Positions 18,614 to 28,692 of a DNA stretch of 64,000 bases are shown here, piece after piece. The translations under genes and the position numbers were made by a program. Numbering within the stretch: position 1 is the stretch's first letter; the number at the start of each line of letters is the position of its first letter. Under the pieces are notes generated by a model, which saw nothing but the letters and a program-made list of their open reading frames with translations, had not been told where the DNA came from and did no database searches. The DNA comes from Alphaproteobacteria bacterium. GTDB lineage: Bacteria; Pseudomonadota; Alphaproteobacteria; RF32; CAG-239. The DNA lies in contig JAFVWM010000038.1 of assembly GCA_017501665.1 (NCBI GenBank), positions 3,100 through 67,099 of the forward strand, read 5' to 3'.

Positions 18614-21064
18614 TTAAGCAACAATATTTACAATTTTGTTCGGAACCACAATAATCTTTTTAACCTCTTTACCTTCAAGTTGTTTTTTGACGTTTTCTAA
18701 TGCAAGAGCTTGTTTTTCAGCTTCTTCTTTTGGGGCGTCTTTAGGAAGGTTAATAGTTCCTCTTACTTTGCCACAAACTTGGACAGCCAAGGTTACGCTG
18801 TTTTCTTCGGCCAGAGATTTGTTGCCGACAGGCCAAGATTCCGCAACAATTAAAGTATTGTTGCCTAAACGAGCCCACATTTCTTCGGCAATGTGAGGTG
18901 TAAACGGCGATAACAATTTTAAAAGAGTGGCGTATAGTTCATAAGGAACTTTGTCTTTTGAGGACATATAGTTTACATAAGTCATTAATGAAGATACGGC
19001 AGTGTTAAAACGCATTTGGTCAATACGTTCGGTAACTTCTAAAATACATTTGTGCATTGCACGTATATCTTCCTCGCCGGCATCGATTTTGTATACCTTT
19101 TTGAATAGGTTGTAAATTTTGCAAGTGAAACGATACACACCCATAAGGCTTTCGTCAGACCACATTGCTGTTTGATCAAACGGTCCGATAAACATTTCGT
19201 ATAGGCGGAATGTGTCGGCACCATAGGCATCGATAATATCGTCAGGATTGATAACATTACCGCGTGATTTTGACATTTTTTCGCCGTTTTCGGCCAGAAT
19301 CATACCATGTGAGGTACGACGTTTGTAGGGTTCTTTGGTTGGCACAAGACCGCATTCATATAAAAATTTGTGCCAAAAACGAGAATATAGCAAGTGAAGT
19401 GTGGTGTGTTCCATACCGCCGTTATACCAGTCGACATTCATCCAGTAATCAAGGGCTTCTTTAGAAGCAAATTCTTTGTCGTTGTGAGGATCACAATAAC
19501 GTAAGAAGTACCATGATGATCCGGCCCAGTTTGGCATAGTATCTGTTTCACGACGCGCATGTCCGCCACATTTAGGGCAAGTTGTGTTAAGCCAATCGCC
19601 TGCCTTTGATAGAGGAGACTCTCCTTCATCATTAGGGTGATAATCAGGAACTTCGGGAAGGTTTAACGGAAGCTCTGATTCGGGAATCGGTTGCCATCCG
19701 CACTTTTTGCAATAAACCATGGGAATCGGCTCGCCCCAATAGCGCTGACGAGAGAATACCCAATCTCGAAGTTTGAAGTTTACTTTTGAGTTGCCAAAAC
19801 CGTTTATTTTGGCATATTCAATGGCTTTTTTCATTCCTTCTTCTTTGTTTAGACCGTTTAAGAATCCGGAGTTGATGTGTTCGCCGTCTTCTTCCCAAGC
19901 TTTTTCTTCAATGTTGCCTCCGGCTAAAACTTGAATTATCGGCAAATTAAAAGCTTTGGCAAAATCATAGTCACGTTGGTCGTGAGCCGGAACAGCCATA
20001 ATGGCACCTGTACCATAGCCGGTTAAGACGTAATCAGAAATGAATACCGGTATCATTTCGTTGTTGAAAGGATTTTTGGCTTTTATTCCTTTTAATTCTA
20101 CACCGGTTTTTTCTTCTCCCATACTGCGTTGCAAATCAGATTTTTTTGCGGTTTCCTCAATATAAGCTTTGATTTCGTCTTGGTTTTCAAAGTTTGACAT
20201 ATATTTTTGCACAAACTCGTGTTCCGGAGCCATTACCATGTAGGTTACACCAAAAGCGGTATCCGGTCGAGTAGTAAATACTTTGAGCTTATCTTCGCCA
20301 AATTCGAAATCAAGTTCGGCACCTTCAGATCTGCCGATCCAATTGATTTGTTGTGCTTTTACTCTGTCTATAAAATCTAAGCCTTCCAAATCATCGATAA
20401 GTTTGTCGGCGTATTTTGTAATAGCAATCATCCATTGTTCTTTGTCTTTTCTGACAACTTGAGCACCGCATCGTTCGCAACAACCGTTTACAACCTCTTC
20501 ATTGGCAAGACCGACTTTACAAGACGGGCACCAATTGATTGCAATTTTGTCTTTATAGGCCAAGCCTTTTTCAAAAAATTTGATGAACATCCACTGTGTC
20601 CATTTATAATATTCGGGATCGCAAGTATTAAAACATCTGTCCCAATCAAAACTAAAGCCGATGGATTTTAGTTGGCGAGTAAAGTTTTCGATGTTGGCTT
20701 TGGTTGAAACAGCCGGATGAACACCGGTTTTAATAGCGTAGTTTTCTGCCGGCAAACCGAAAGCATCGAATCCCATAGGATATAAAACGTTGTATCCTTG
20801 CATACGTTTTTTGCGAGAAATAACATCAAGAGCGGTGTATGAACGAGGATGTCCGACATGAAGTCCGGCTCCGGACGGATACGGAAATTCGACCAAGGCA
20901 TAAAATTTTTCTTTTGTGCTATCTGTTTCTACTTTGTAGGCTTTTTCGTCTTCCCAAATTTCTTGCCATTTTTTTTCGATGGTTTTGAAATTATATCTGT
21001 CTTCTAATTTCCATGTTTCTTGCCAATCGGCGAACGAATTTTTTCCATTGTATCGTTTATTCAT
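18614..21064 (-). CDS. leuS: Leucine--tRNA ligase
   Basis: FPYPSGAGLHVGH (HIGH), FTTRPDT editing motif, KMSKS. Confidence 0.97.
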   Translation of the reverse strand: MNKRYNGKNSFADWQETWKLEDRYNFKTIEKKWQEIWEDEKAYKVETDSTKEKFYALVEFPYPSGAGLHVGHPRSYTALDVISRKKRMQGYNVLYPMGFDAFGLPAENYAIKTGVHPAVSTKANIENFTRQLKSIGFSFDWDRCFNTCDPEYYKWTQWMFIKFFEKGLAYKDKIAINWCPSCKVGLANEEVVNGCCERCGAQVVRKDKEQWMIAITKYADKLIDDLEGLDFIDRVKAQQINWIGRSEGAELDFEFGEDKLKVFTTRPDTAFGVTYMVMAPEHEFVQKYMSNFENQDEIKAYIEETAKKSDLQRSMGEEKTGVELKGIKAKNPFNNEMIPVFISDYVLTGYGTGAIMAVPAHDQRDYDFAKAFNLPIIQVLAGGNIEEKAWEEDGEHINSGFLNGLNKEEGMKKAIEYAKINGFGNSKVNFKLRDWVFSRQRYWGEPIPMVYCKKCGWQPIPESELPLNLPEVPDYHPNDEGESPLSKAGDWLNTTCPKCGGHARRETDTMPNWAGSSWYFLRYCDPHNDKEFASKEALDYWMNVDWYNGGMEHTTLHLLYSRFWHKFLYECGLVPTKEPYKRRTSHGMILAENGEKMSKSRGNVINPDDIIDAYGADTFRLYEMFIGPFDQTAMWSDESLMGVYRFTCKIYNLFKKVYKIDAGEEDIRAMHKCILEVTERIDQMRFNTAVSSLMTYVNYMSSKDKVPYELYATLLKLLSPFTPHIAEEMWARLGNNTLIVAESWPVGNKSLAEENSVTLAVQVCGKVRGTINLPKDAPKEEAEKQALALENVKKQLEGKEVKKIIVVPNKIVNIVA

Positions 21065-21221
21065 TTTAATGTTCCTGATATTATTAAACGCATTGATTTT
21101 TTACTTTGCTTCGAAAATAGAGTATTTTAACATATTTGACAAGAATATTTTTGCTCTTGTATTTAATATTTCGATTATCTAAGATGTGATAAAATGTTTT
21201 TGAAAAATATTAAGGAAAAAA

Positions 21222-22478
21222 ATGACAGACTTTCGAGATGTGGCGTTAGAAAGTTTGAAAAATATTTTGAATAAAAAACAAGATGTTTTTCAGATGGATG
21301 AAACAAATGAAGACAATGCCTTTGTGATGATGCTTATGTTGACGGCTTTGCGTAAGCTTGTTTATATAAAAAGCATATTAAAAACACTGATTACCAAAAA
21401 ACTTTCGAAGCAAAATGTTGTAGGACAATGCGCTCTTATCTTGGGTGCTACCGAACTTATTTATATGAAAACTCCTGATTATGCGGTGATTAATTCATAT
21501 GTAAATCTGGTAAAAGAAAAGACCGATAAATATGTTGCCGGCTTTGTTAATGCTGTTTTGCGGAAGATTGCCAAGCAAAAAGATATTTTTATAAGCGCGG
21601 ATAAGGGAGATTTTTTTCCGCAGGAATTTAAGGCGTTATTGAAAAAGAGCTATTCTACAAAAGAGATAGAAAAAATTGAACGATCATCACAAAATATACC
21701 AATGTTAGATGTTACTTGCATAAGTGAAGAATCGGCACAAAAACTTGGTGGAAAAAAACTTTCATTAGGCAGTTTAAGATTAGAAGTAAAGGGAAAAATA
21801 AGTGAACTTCCCGATTATGATAAAGGTACTTGGTGGGTGCAGGATTTTTCATCGGCTTTACCTATAAAAATGCTTGAAGATGTAAAAGGAAAAAAAGTTT
21901 TGGAACTTTGCGCCGCACCCGGCGGAAAAACAGCACAGCTTTTGACAAGAGGAGCTAAAGTTACTTGTCTTGATGTAAGTGCGAATCGTCTTAATATCTT
22001 ACGAGAAAATATGAACAGACTAAACTTAAAGCCTGAAAAAATTATTTGTGAAGACGGGTTGAGATTTTTAGATGAAACAAATGAAAAATACGATATAATT
22101 GTACTTGATGCGCCGTGTTCGGCTACCGGAACTTTGCGCAGACATCCGGAAATTGTTCATGTGAAAACCCAAAATGATGTAATGGAGCAAGCTAAGTTGC
22201 AAAAGGAGTTTTTGGATAAAATTGACAGAGCACTGAAAGTCGGTGGGATGTTACTTTATTGTACATGCTCGCTGTGTAAAGAAGAGGGTGAATTTCAAAT
22301 TAAAGAATTTTTAGAAAATAATGAAAATTATGACATAGTGAATTTGAAAAATAAAATGCCAAAGGACCTCGAGAAGATGGTTACTAAGGAAGGTTTTGTA
22401 AGAGTTTTGCCCTGTTATGCCGATAGTTTCGGTGGTGCTGACGGTTTTTTTATAGCTTGTATAAAAAAGGAAAAGTAA
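21222..22478 (+). CDS. rsmB: RsmB/NOP (Sun) family RNA m5C methyltransferase with N-terminal NusB-like domain
   Basis: FVNAVLR, WWVQD, LCAAPGGKT, DAPCSATGT.RRHP, YCTCSL. Confidence 0.88.
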   Translation: MTDFRDVALESLKNILNKKQDVFQMDETNEDNAFVMMLMLTALRKLVYIKSILKTLITKKLSKQNVVGQCALILGATELIYMKTPDYAVINSYVNLVKEKTDKYVAGFVNAVLRKIAKQKDIFISADKGDFFPQEFKALLKKSYSTKEIEKIERSSQNIPMLDVTCISEESAQKLGGKKLSLGSLRLEVKGKISELPDYDKGTWWVQDFSSALPIKMLEDVKGKKVLELCAAPGGKTAQLLTRGAKVTCLDVSANRLNILRENMNRLNLKPEKIICEDGLRFLDETNEKYDIIVLDAPCSATGTLRRHPEIVHVKTQNDVMEQAKLQKEFLDKIDRALKVGGMLLYCTCSLCKEEGEFQIKEFLENNENYDIVNLKNKMPKDLEKMVTKEGFVRVLPCYADSFGGADGFFIACIKKEK

Positions 22479-22479
22479 G

Positions 22480-23358
22480 ATGTTTTTTTTCAAAAAAAAT
22501 AAAGACGAACACAAAAGAGTTGTTGCTATAATCGGTACGTCGCCTTTGGCTATGTTTTTGACAGCTGTTTTGCAACAAAATAATATTAATGTTATTGTTT
22601 TGGATATATTGAAAAGAAATAAGTTCGAAAAAGAAGAAACATGGTTTTTGAAAAACAGTTTTCAAGAGCAAAGCTTTTCCTTTAAGTTTTGTAGTGAATT
22701 GACGAAAAAGCCGGAATATTGTTTTGTGGCTTCGTCTTTTGATGAATATAAGAGCGATTTGCTTTTTTTGTCGGATAAAATGTTAAAAGATGTTCCGATA
22801 ATTAATTTTGCATCTTTTTATAATCATAAATTTGTTGAACAATCGGAAAATATTAAGGAGATAAGAGCTTATTTTGACGGTTGGCTGATAAAGCAAAAAA
22901 AAGAAATAACAATGTTAAACAGAAATGCCGAACTTAATATTTGTTGTGAAGGAGCTTTGGAAAAAGATTTGTCAGAAATTTTAAGTGACAAAAAAATTGA
23001 TGTTAAGTTTTCTAAAAATTCAGAGAAGATGTTTTGGCAAAAAAAAATATCGTGGGCTTTGGGAAATTTGTTTGTTTTGGCGTATGATGAAGATATTTCA
23101 AAAATTTTGGTAAATAATGAAAAAAGGCAAACAGTTGATAATGCAATCAAAGAAACTTGCCGGATTTTAAAAAACGAGGAATATCAAATAGACGCGCAAA
23201 AGCTGTTGACGGATATCTATGCTTTTCCTGATGGTTTTATCAGCGAATATGCTTCACCTTCCGGATGTCTTTCGTTATGCGAAATGGTTGGTGATGTTAA
23301 TTATTTTGATTACCCTAAGCTTTTTGAACTGACAAATAAGATTCTTAAGAAATATTAG
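22480..23358 (+). CDS. Hypothetical protein; degenerate ketopantoate-reductase (PanE/ApbA)-like fold
   Basis: VAIIGTSPLAMFLTAVL looks like a Rossmann start lacking GxGxxG; MFWQK resembles PanE xWxKL; about 290 aa. Confidence 0.45.
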   Translation: MFFFKKNKDEHKRVVAIIGTSPLAMFLTAVLQQNNINVIVLDILKRNKFEKEETWFLKNSFQEQSFSFKFCSELTKKPEYCFVASSFDEYKSDLLFLSDKMLKDVPIINFASFYNHKFVEQSENIKEIRAYFDGWLIKQKKEITMLNRNAELNICCEGALEKDLSEILSDKKIDVKFSKNSEKMFWQKKISWALGNLFVLAYDEDISKILVNNEKRQTVDNAIKETCRILKNEEYQIDAQKLLTDIYAFPDGFISEYASPSGCLSLCEMVGDVNYFDYPKLFELTNKILKKY

Positions 23359-23446
23359 TATAACATTTATATCTTTCTTGAAGATATAAACCATATAGAT
23401 TATATTCTTTTTATCTGAAAAATTTAGCCTTAGAGGAGAAGGGACA

Positions 23447-24532
23447 ATGTGGTCACAATGGATGTTTGTAATTGTTGCTTTCTTGGTAAGTTTTTTGTTG
23501 ACATCTTTTTTGTTTTCTAAATTGGTGTTTTTTGAGATTTTTCGTAAAAGAAATTTTTCGGCAACAGCGTCTGTTGTATTGGGAAGTGTTATTTCATCGG
23601 TTATTGTTTTGGCTTTTTCATGGAATGAATATGATTTTATAGCAGATATCAGCCTTTGGAGCTTTTTTGCGCCATTAATCGGTTTGGCAATTATTTTTAT
23701 AGCATGCCTTATAAATAAGATGTATGTTATTGAAATATCTGTTTTGTTAGCTTCGTTAATAGGTGTTTTTGGCGGAGATTTAAATATTGCGTTTATTCCT
23801 AATGCGCCGGTATTTGTTAATCAACTATTTACGGTTGTTGTATGGTTTCTTTTTTCTGTCGGAATTCGGGCGATTGCAACGCTGTATCCCTCTTTGCAAA
23901 TTCAGGGTGTTACAATTAGTGGCGGTTTTGTTTTGTTGTATGTGTTTAATGCATCTCCGTTTGTTTTGGGGGTTATAAGTGCAACATTGTTGGCATCTAT
24001 GTATGTGGCCTATTTAAATTATACAAATCAAACCATGGGCGTGGATGTTTCTCCGATTATCGGATATATTTTTGGCTGGTTCGGTTTAATTTTTTATCAG
24101 GAAATGCTGATCTCGTGCTATATCGTTTTAACAATGTTTTGTTTGTTGGAGATGTTGATTGCAACAATAAGAAAACTTACTTTTTTGCAAAAATATAATA
24201 ACTTTTCATTAAATACAATTTCAGTGCAAGCATACAAAAGCGGTTTGGCACCGATAATTATTGTTAAATCGATTTGGATGATTGGCGGAATATTAATAGT
24301 GTTTTCGGTGTTTCAGGCAAACGGGGTTAATTATTATTCTATTCCGGCATTCGTAGCGATAGTCATATTGTGGCAGTTTTATAAATTACTTAATTGGGAA
24401 AACGAAAGCAAATCTTGGAAAGATACAAAAGATGAAACAGTTGAAGATATAAAAAATACAATAAATACTGTTGTAAAAGGAATAAAAAAGTCAAAAAAAA
24501 AGAAAACTTCCAAAAAAAGGATTAAAAAATAA
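23447..24532 (+). CDS. Multi-pass membrane protein; degenerate MraY/WecA (glycosyltransferase family 4)-like
   Basis: About 10-11 TM segments in 361 aa. YLNYTNQTMGVDVSPIIG and EMLIATIRKL..AYKSGL line up by eye with the FN..FMGDxGS and DAT.TLLRR..RGL segments of WecA-like proteins. Confidence 0.45.
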   Translation: MWSQWMFVIVAFLVSFLLTSFLFSKLVFFEIFRKRNFSATASVVLGSVISSVIVLAFSWNEYDFIADISLWSFFAPLIGLAIIFIACLINKMYVIEISVLLASLIGVFGGDLNIAFIPNAPVFVNQLFTVVVWFLFSVGIRAIATLYPSLQIQGVTISGGFVLLYVFNASPFVLGVISATLLASMYVAYLNYTNQTMGVDVSPIIGYIFGWFGLIFYQEMLISCYIVLTMFCLLEMLIATIRKLTFLQKYNNFSLNTISVQAYKSGLAPIIIVKSIWMIGGILIVFSVFQANGVNYYSIPAFVAIVILWQFYKLLNWENESKSWKDTKDETVEDIKNTINTVVKGIKKSKKKKTSKKRIKK

Positions 24533-25896
24533 TGCAAATAGTGGACTTTTTAAAAAGAACATTTTTAAAACCGGAAACAGATAAAAATGAACTTTTAAGT
24601 GAAGACGAGGCTTTGAATATCTGCTTTAAGATTGTTGTTGTGGAATTTGCTGAAAATGTAGAAAGTTCGGCCGGAGAGATTTTTGCTGCTGTTTTAAGAA
24701 GTCAGGGATATTTTGATGTCAGTTATTTTAATGAACCTTTTTCAAAAAGTTTTTTGAATTTAGAAGGTCGTACTTTTTTTGATTTTATTGATAAAGGTCA
24801 AGCTATTTTGGATAAAACAAAAGCTGACGTGCTTGTTTGGGGGTGTCGTGAAAATGATAAAATAAGGCTTAATTTTCAAACATCTTCACAATATGAAAAA
24901 GATAATACTTCGTTCGTGTCGCTGTTGGATAGTTTGTATTTGCCGGTGTCTTTGTTTGAGGGAGATAAAACGTTTCCGAAATCTATTTTAAATCTTGTTT
25001 CCGGAGCAATAATTTCTTGCTTGAATGTGACAAACAAGCAAACGGCAGTACAACAGAAATATTTGTTAAAAAAAATCATAAATGTTTTGTCTTCGGATAG
25101 GTCTGCTAAGAATATGGGGGTAGAATATTTGCCTTATATTATGAATTTTTTGGCACTAACTTATTTGACATTTTGCAAAAATAATAATGATGAAAAAGAG
25201 TTTAAAATTGTAAATAATTTATTGGATACTGCAATATCTTATCAAGATTTAATAAAAAATCCGTTACATTTGGGCTGTATCTATAATCATTTGGGACATC
25301 TTCATTTGGTGGCAACAAAAAGTGATATAAAAAATCCGATAAAACACTATAAAAGCGCCATAAGTTATTTTCAAAGAGCGCAAAAGCTTTTGGGTAAATA
25401 TGTTTATCCGTATGATTATGGTTTTATAGCCTTTGCTTTATCAAATTTGTTGTATGATTATTGGCGTCAAAAAGATGATTTGCAGGCATTGCGTGATTCT
25501 GTTTTTAATTTGCGTGAAGCCGAGAAAATATTTACTTATACATTGTTTCCCGAGTTTTGGTCTGATATTGAGGGCGAATTGGGACACCGTTTGAATGTTT
25601 TGAGTTCTATTACTAAAAATAATGCTATTGCTGAACTATCAATTAATTCCTTTAAGAATCAGCAAAAAGTTGTTACTGAGAAACGCGACCCGTTTGCGTG
25701 GGCAAAAATACAAGAATGTGTCGGTAATATATACTATCGTTTGGGTCGTGAAAATGACGATAAAGAAATGCTTGAGGAAAGCTTAGAGTATTTTCATGAT
25801 GCCTTATATATTTTTGAAAATATGGAAATGGATGAAAATACAAAAAGAATTATGTCAAGTATAGCAAAAACGTCTGACCTGTTGGCGTATCAATAA
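24532..25896 (+). CDS. Tetratricopeptide-repeat-containing hypothetical protein
   Basis: Helical repeats such as IYNHLGHLH..AISYFQRA and RDPFAWAKIQECVGNIYYRLG..SLEYFHDAL. Confidence 0.6.
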   Translation: MQIVDFLKRTFLKPETDKNELLSEDEALNICFKIVVVEFAENVESSAGEIFAAVLRSQGYFDVSYFNEPFSKSFLNLEGRTFFDFIDKGQAILDKTKADVLVWGCRENDKIRLNFQTSSQYEKDNTSFVSLLDSLYLPVSLFEGDKTFPKSILNLVSGAIISCLNVTNKQTAVQQKYLLKKIINVLSSDRSAKNMGVEYLPYIMNFLALTYLTFCKNNNDEKEFKIVNNLLDTAISYQDLIKNPLHLGCIYNHLGHLHLVATKSDIKNPIKHYKSAISYFQRAQKLLGKYVYPYDYGFIAFALSNLLYDYWRQKDDLQALRDSVFNLREAEKIFTYTLFPEFWSDIEGELGHRLNVLSSITKNNAIAELSINSFKNQQKVVTEKRDPFAWAKIQECVGNIYYRLGRENDDKEMLEESLEYFHDALYIFENMEMDENTKRIMSSIAKTSDLLAYQ

Positions 25897-25908
25897 GTGA
25901 AAGCTATT

Positions 25909-27933
25909 TTAAATATGGCCTTTATGAAAAAGAGTATGGTATTTTTCTAAAGAGCCCCCGCTGGTTTCCCAGCTGAAGTCTTTTTTCATGGCGCAACGTT
26001 GCATTTGGGTTAAAACATCAGGTGTGTCATAAAATGTTTGGAGTGATTTATCCAAAGTTTCCGTAAAAGCATTTTCGTTGTTTTGCAGTCTGCGAGCGGT
26101 GATGTTATTTCCGTAGACATGGCGATTGTCACTGAAAAAGACTTCTGTTCGGAAACCATCCGTTTTATCGTCAATAGAATCAACCAAACCGCCGGTTGAA
26201 GTGGCTATGGGGAGTGCTCCTTTTGCCATGGCTTCCATTTGGGTAAGTCCGCAAGGTTCAAAACGGCAAGGCATCAGATAAAAATCTGAAGCTAATTGGA
26301 TAGCATAAGCAAATTGGTCTTTATAGCCATGGAATACATAGATACGTTTTGCAGCTTCCGGATTTACTGTTGCAACCTTGTCTTTTAAGTTTGTAAGCAT
26401 TTTGAACAAATCAATACTGCCTGCACCACCCAAAACAAAAATAGGGAATTCAAAATTTTTATCGTAATATTTTTTGATCCATGATAAAATAGCTTGCGAT
26501 GCAATATCATATCCTTTTTGTTCGACTAAGCGTGATGTTGCGCAAATAACGGGGGTTTTTGTTACATCCTTAACGCTTTTTGAAATGTCTTCAAATTTGT
26601 AGGTGTCAATTAGGGGAATGATTTGTTTTTTATAAGCTTCATCTTTAGCGATATGCGAGATTAGTTTGATGAATTCGGCTTTGTTGTGTGTTTTGTTTTC
26701 TACAGAATTTTCATCAAAAATCTTAAAATCGGTGTTGCCGAAGAAATCGTTAATTGCTTTAATTTTTTCTTTGTTAGGTGAAATCAATTTTTTATCATAG
26801 CCGTTAATAATGCCGAAAAATGTACGGTGGTCTTTGCGGATTTTTAAGATATCACGAAAATCATAGCCTAAACCAAGCTCTTTAGATACTTCTTCCAAAT
26901 AGTTTTTGGATACGGTAATAACTCGATCGGCTAAGTGAAAATTGCAAGAAGCCTGATTATAGCAGTCGTGAACAATAAGAGTATTTACTGTTCGCTTGTT
27001 TGAATTTTTAATTGCTTTTGCATTTTTAAATATAAAGTTTGTTTGTAACTCGTACAAAGAATTTAAAATGCGTGCAGTATTAGGATAGTCCCAACCTTGA
27101 TAACCAAGGTGGTGGGCAATATGAATGATGGGAATTGATCGAAGCTTGTCGGCATCGTCTTCGGTTATCATATTTTTACTGACCAAGACAGTAGGAGTAT
27201 ATTTCATTAAGCCAGAAAGAGCTCCTGAGTGCCAATCATTTGCAACGATAGTGGTGGGTAAAGAGTTGTTTTTCAGATTGTATTTTATAAATTCATAAAC
27301 AGCCTTTGAAAAGAAAGCAAAACGTTCAACTTCATTTACACCATATTTGTTTAATATATAACAGCCGTCTTGAGCCGGCGGATTGTCTTTATGAGGATCT
27401 ATGTTGAAAAATCGGTCATTAGATATAAAGATATAAGGTGTATTTTCGCAAGTACCTGTATATACGGTTGTTGTGTATTCAACAAATTCGCTGTTTTCAT
27501 TCAAGAAAGGGACGGTAAGATCGCAAAGATGTTTAAGCTCAATGGTTTTATTTTCAGCACCATGATAAAGCGAGCCGTCAAAGTGAGCCTTTTTCTTTTT
27601 TGTATCACCCAAATACAAGGGGGTAATAACGGTAAGGTGTTCACCTTGAGATGAATACTTGCGGTTAAATGCTTCGGGAAGTTCTGAGGCTATCATACCC
27701 AGTCCGCCGGCTTTCATAAAAGTTGCTGTTTCGGAAGATATCATCCAGCCGTTTACTTTTTGAGGGTCTGTCCAAACCTTTTTACCCAAACATTGTTGTT
27801 TTCCTAAGTTTTGTATTTCTAAAGCAAAAGGTGAGGAAGGTACACTATAAGTTATACTAAACTTTTTTTTGTTGAAAGTAGGCGATAACAAAGCACTGCT
27901 TTGCTGTGGAATGAAAATTTGTGTTTTTGACAT
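25909..27933 (-). CDS. glgA: Glycogen/starch synthase (GT5), unusually long
   Basis: KAGGLG, ERFAFFSKA, ANDWH, SRLVEQKG, PCRFEPCGLTQMEAM, TGGLVDS. Confidence 0.88.
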   Translation of the reverse strand: MSKTQIFIPQQSSALLSPTFNKKKFSITYSVPSSPFALEIQNLGKQQCLGKKVWTDPQKVNGWMISSETATFMKAGGLGMIASELPEAFNRKYSSQGEHLTVITPLYLGDTKKKKAHFDGSLYHGAENKTIELKHLCDLTVPFLNENSEFVEYTTTVYTGTCENTPYIFISNDRFFNIDPHKDNPPAQDGCYILNKYGVNEVERFAFFSKAVYEFIKYNLKNNSLPTTIVANDWHSGALSGLMKYTPTVLVSKNMITEDDADKLRSIPIIHIAHHLGYQGWDYPNTARILNSLYELQTNFIFKNAKAIKNSNKRTVNTLIVHDCYNQASCNFHLADRVITVSKNYLEEVSKELGLGYDFRDILKIRKDHRTFFGIINGYDKKLISPNKEKIKAINDFFGNTDFKIFDENSVENKTHNKAEFIKLISHIAKDEAYKKQIIPLIDTYKFEDISKSVKDVTKTPVICATSRLVEQKGYDIASQAILSWIKKYYDKNFEFPIFVLGGAGSIDLFKMLTNLKDKVATVNPEAAKRIYVFHGYKDQFAYAIQLASDFYLMPCRFEPCGLTQMEAMAKGALPIATSTGGLVDSIDDKTDGFRTEVFFSDNRHVYGNNITARRLQNNENAFTETLDKSLQTFYDTPDVLTQMQRCAMKKDFSWETSGGSLEKYHTLFHKGHI

Positions 27934-28074
27934 TTGAATTGAACTTTCGGCTTTTTAAAATAATTAATATTATAACTAAATAATAGTTATTGCTCTTGAC
28001 TTGTCAAGGATAAGTCACTAAATTTGGTAATATATTTGAATGTTATAATGTAATTTGATGGTTTAGAGAAAAAA

Positions 28075-28647
28075 ATGAGTATTGATAACGAAAAAATTGA
28101 AGAATTGGACGATAAAACAGAAATCGAGGAATCGAATGTTGAAGATGAGGTTCCGGCCGAAGAAGAATCTGTTGAAGATAAAGAGGCAAAAGTTTTAGAA
28201 AAATTAATGGAAGAGAACGCAAGACTTAAGGATGATTACTTAAGGGCTTTTGCCGAGGCTGAGAATACAAAAAAACGTTGCCAACAAGAAATTGAAAAAA
28301 ATAACAAGTTTGCCATAGCCGATTTTGCAAAGAATTTGCTTGGAGTTGCAGATAATTTACAACGAGCCATAGACGCTGCCTCGAAAGAAGAAGATAATCC
28401 GGCGTGTGAAAGTTTGTTAAAAGGAGTTGAGCTTACTCAACACGAGCTTACAAAGGTTTTTGACAGATTTAAGGTGCATAAAATGGATATTATCGGGACA
28501 ATTTTTGATCCGAATTTTCATCAGGTTATTCAAGAGGTTCCCGATACATCTAAGCCAGCCGGCACAATTGTTGCCGAAGTTCAAACAGGCTATATGATAG
28601 GTGACAGAATATTGCGTGAAGCAATGGTTGTGGTTACTAAAGCATAG
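28075..28647 (+). CDS. grpE: Nucleotide exchange factor GrpE
   Basis: LRAFAEAENTKKR, LLGVADNLQRA, FDPNFHQ, GYMIGDRILREAMVVV. Confidence 0.95.
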   Translation: MSIDNEKIEELDDKTEIEESNVEDEVPAEEESVEDKEAKVLEKLMEENARLKDDYLRAFAEAENTKKRCQQEIEKNNKFAIADFAKNLLGVADNLQRAIDAASKEEDNPACESLLKGVELTQHELTKVFDRFKVHKMDIIGTIFDPNFHQVIQEVPDTSKPAGTIVAEVQTGYMIGDRILREAMVVVTKA

Positions 28648-28654
28648 CAAGAAC

Positions 28655-28684
28655 AAAAAGCCTGTTTTGATGACAGGCTTTTTT
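28655..28684. terminator. Bidirectional terminator between grpE and the autotransporter
   Basis: AAAAAGCCTGT..ACAGGCTTTTTT. Confidence 0.8.
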
Positions 28685-28692
28685 AGTAAAGT

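Noticed and set aside
27984..28022. CIRCE element upstream of grpE
   Set aside because: An imperfect dyad centred on CTTGAC-TT-GTCAAG is present but does not match TTAGCACTC-N9-GAGTGCTAA; it may just be back-to-back -35 hexamers of divergent promoters.
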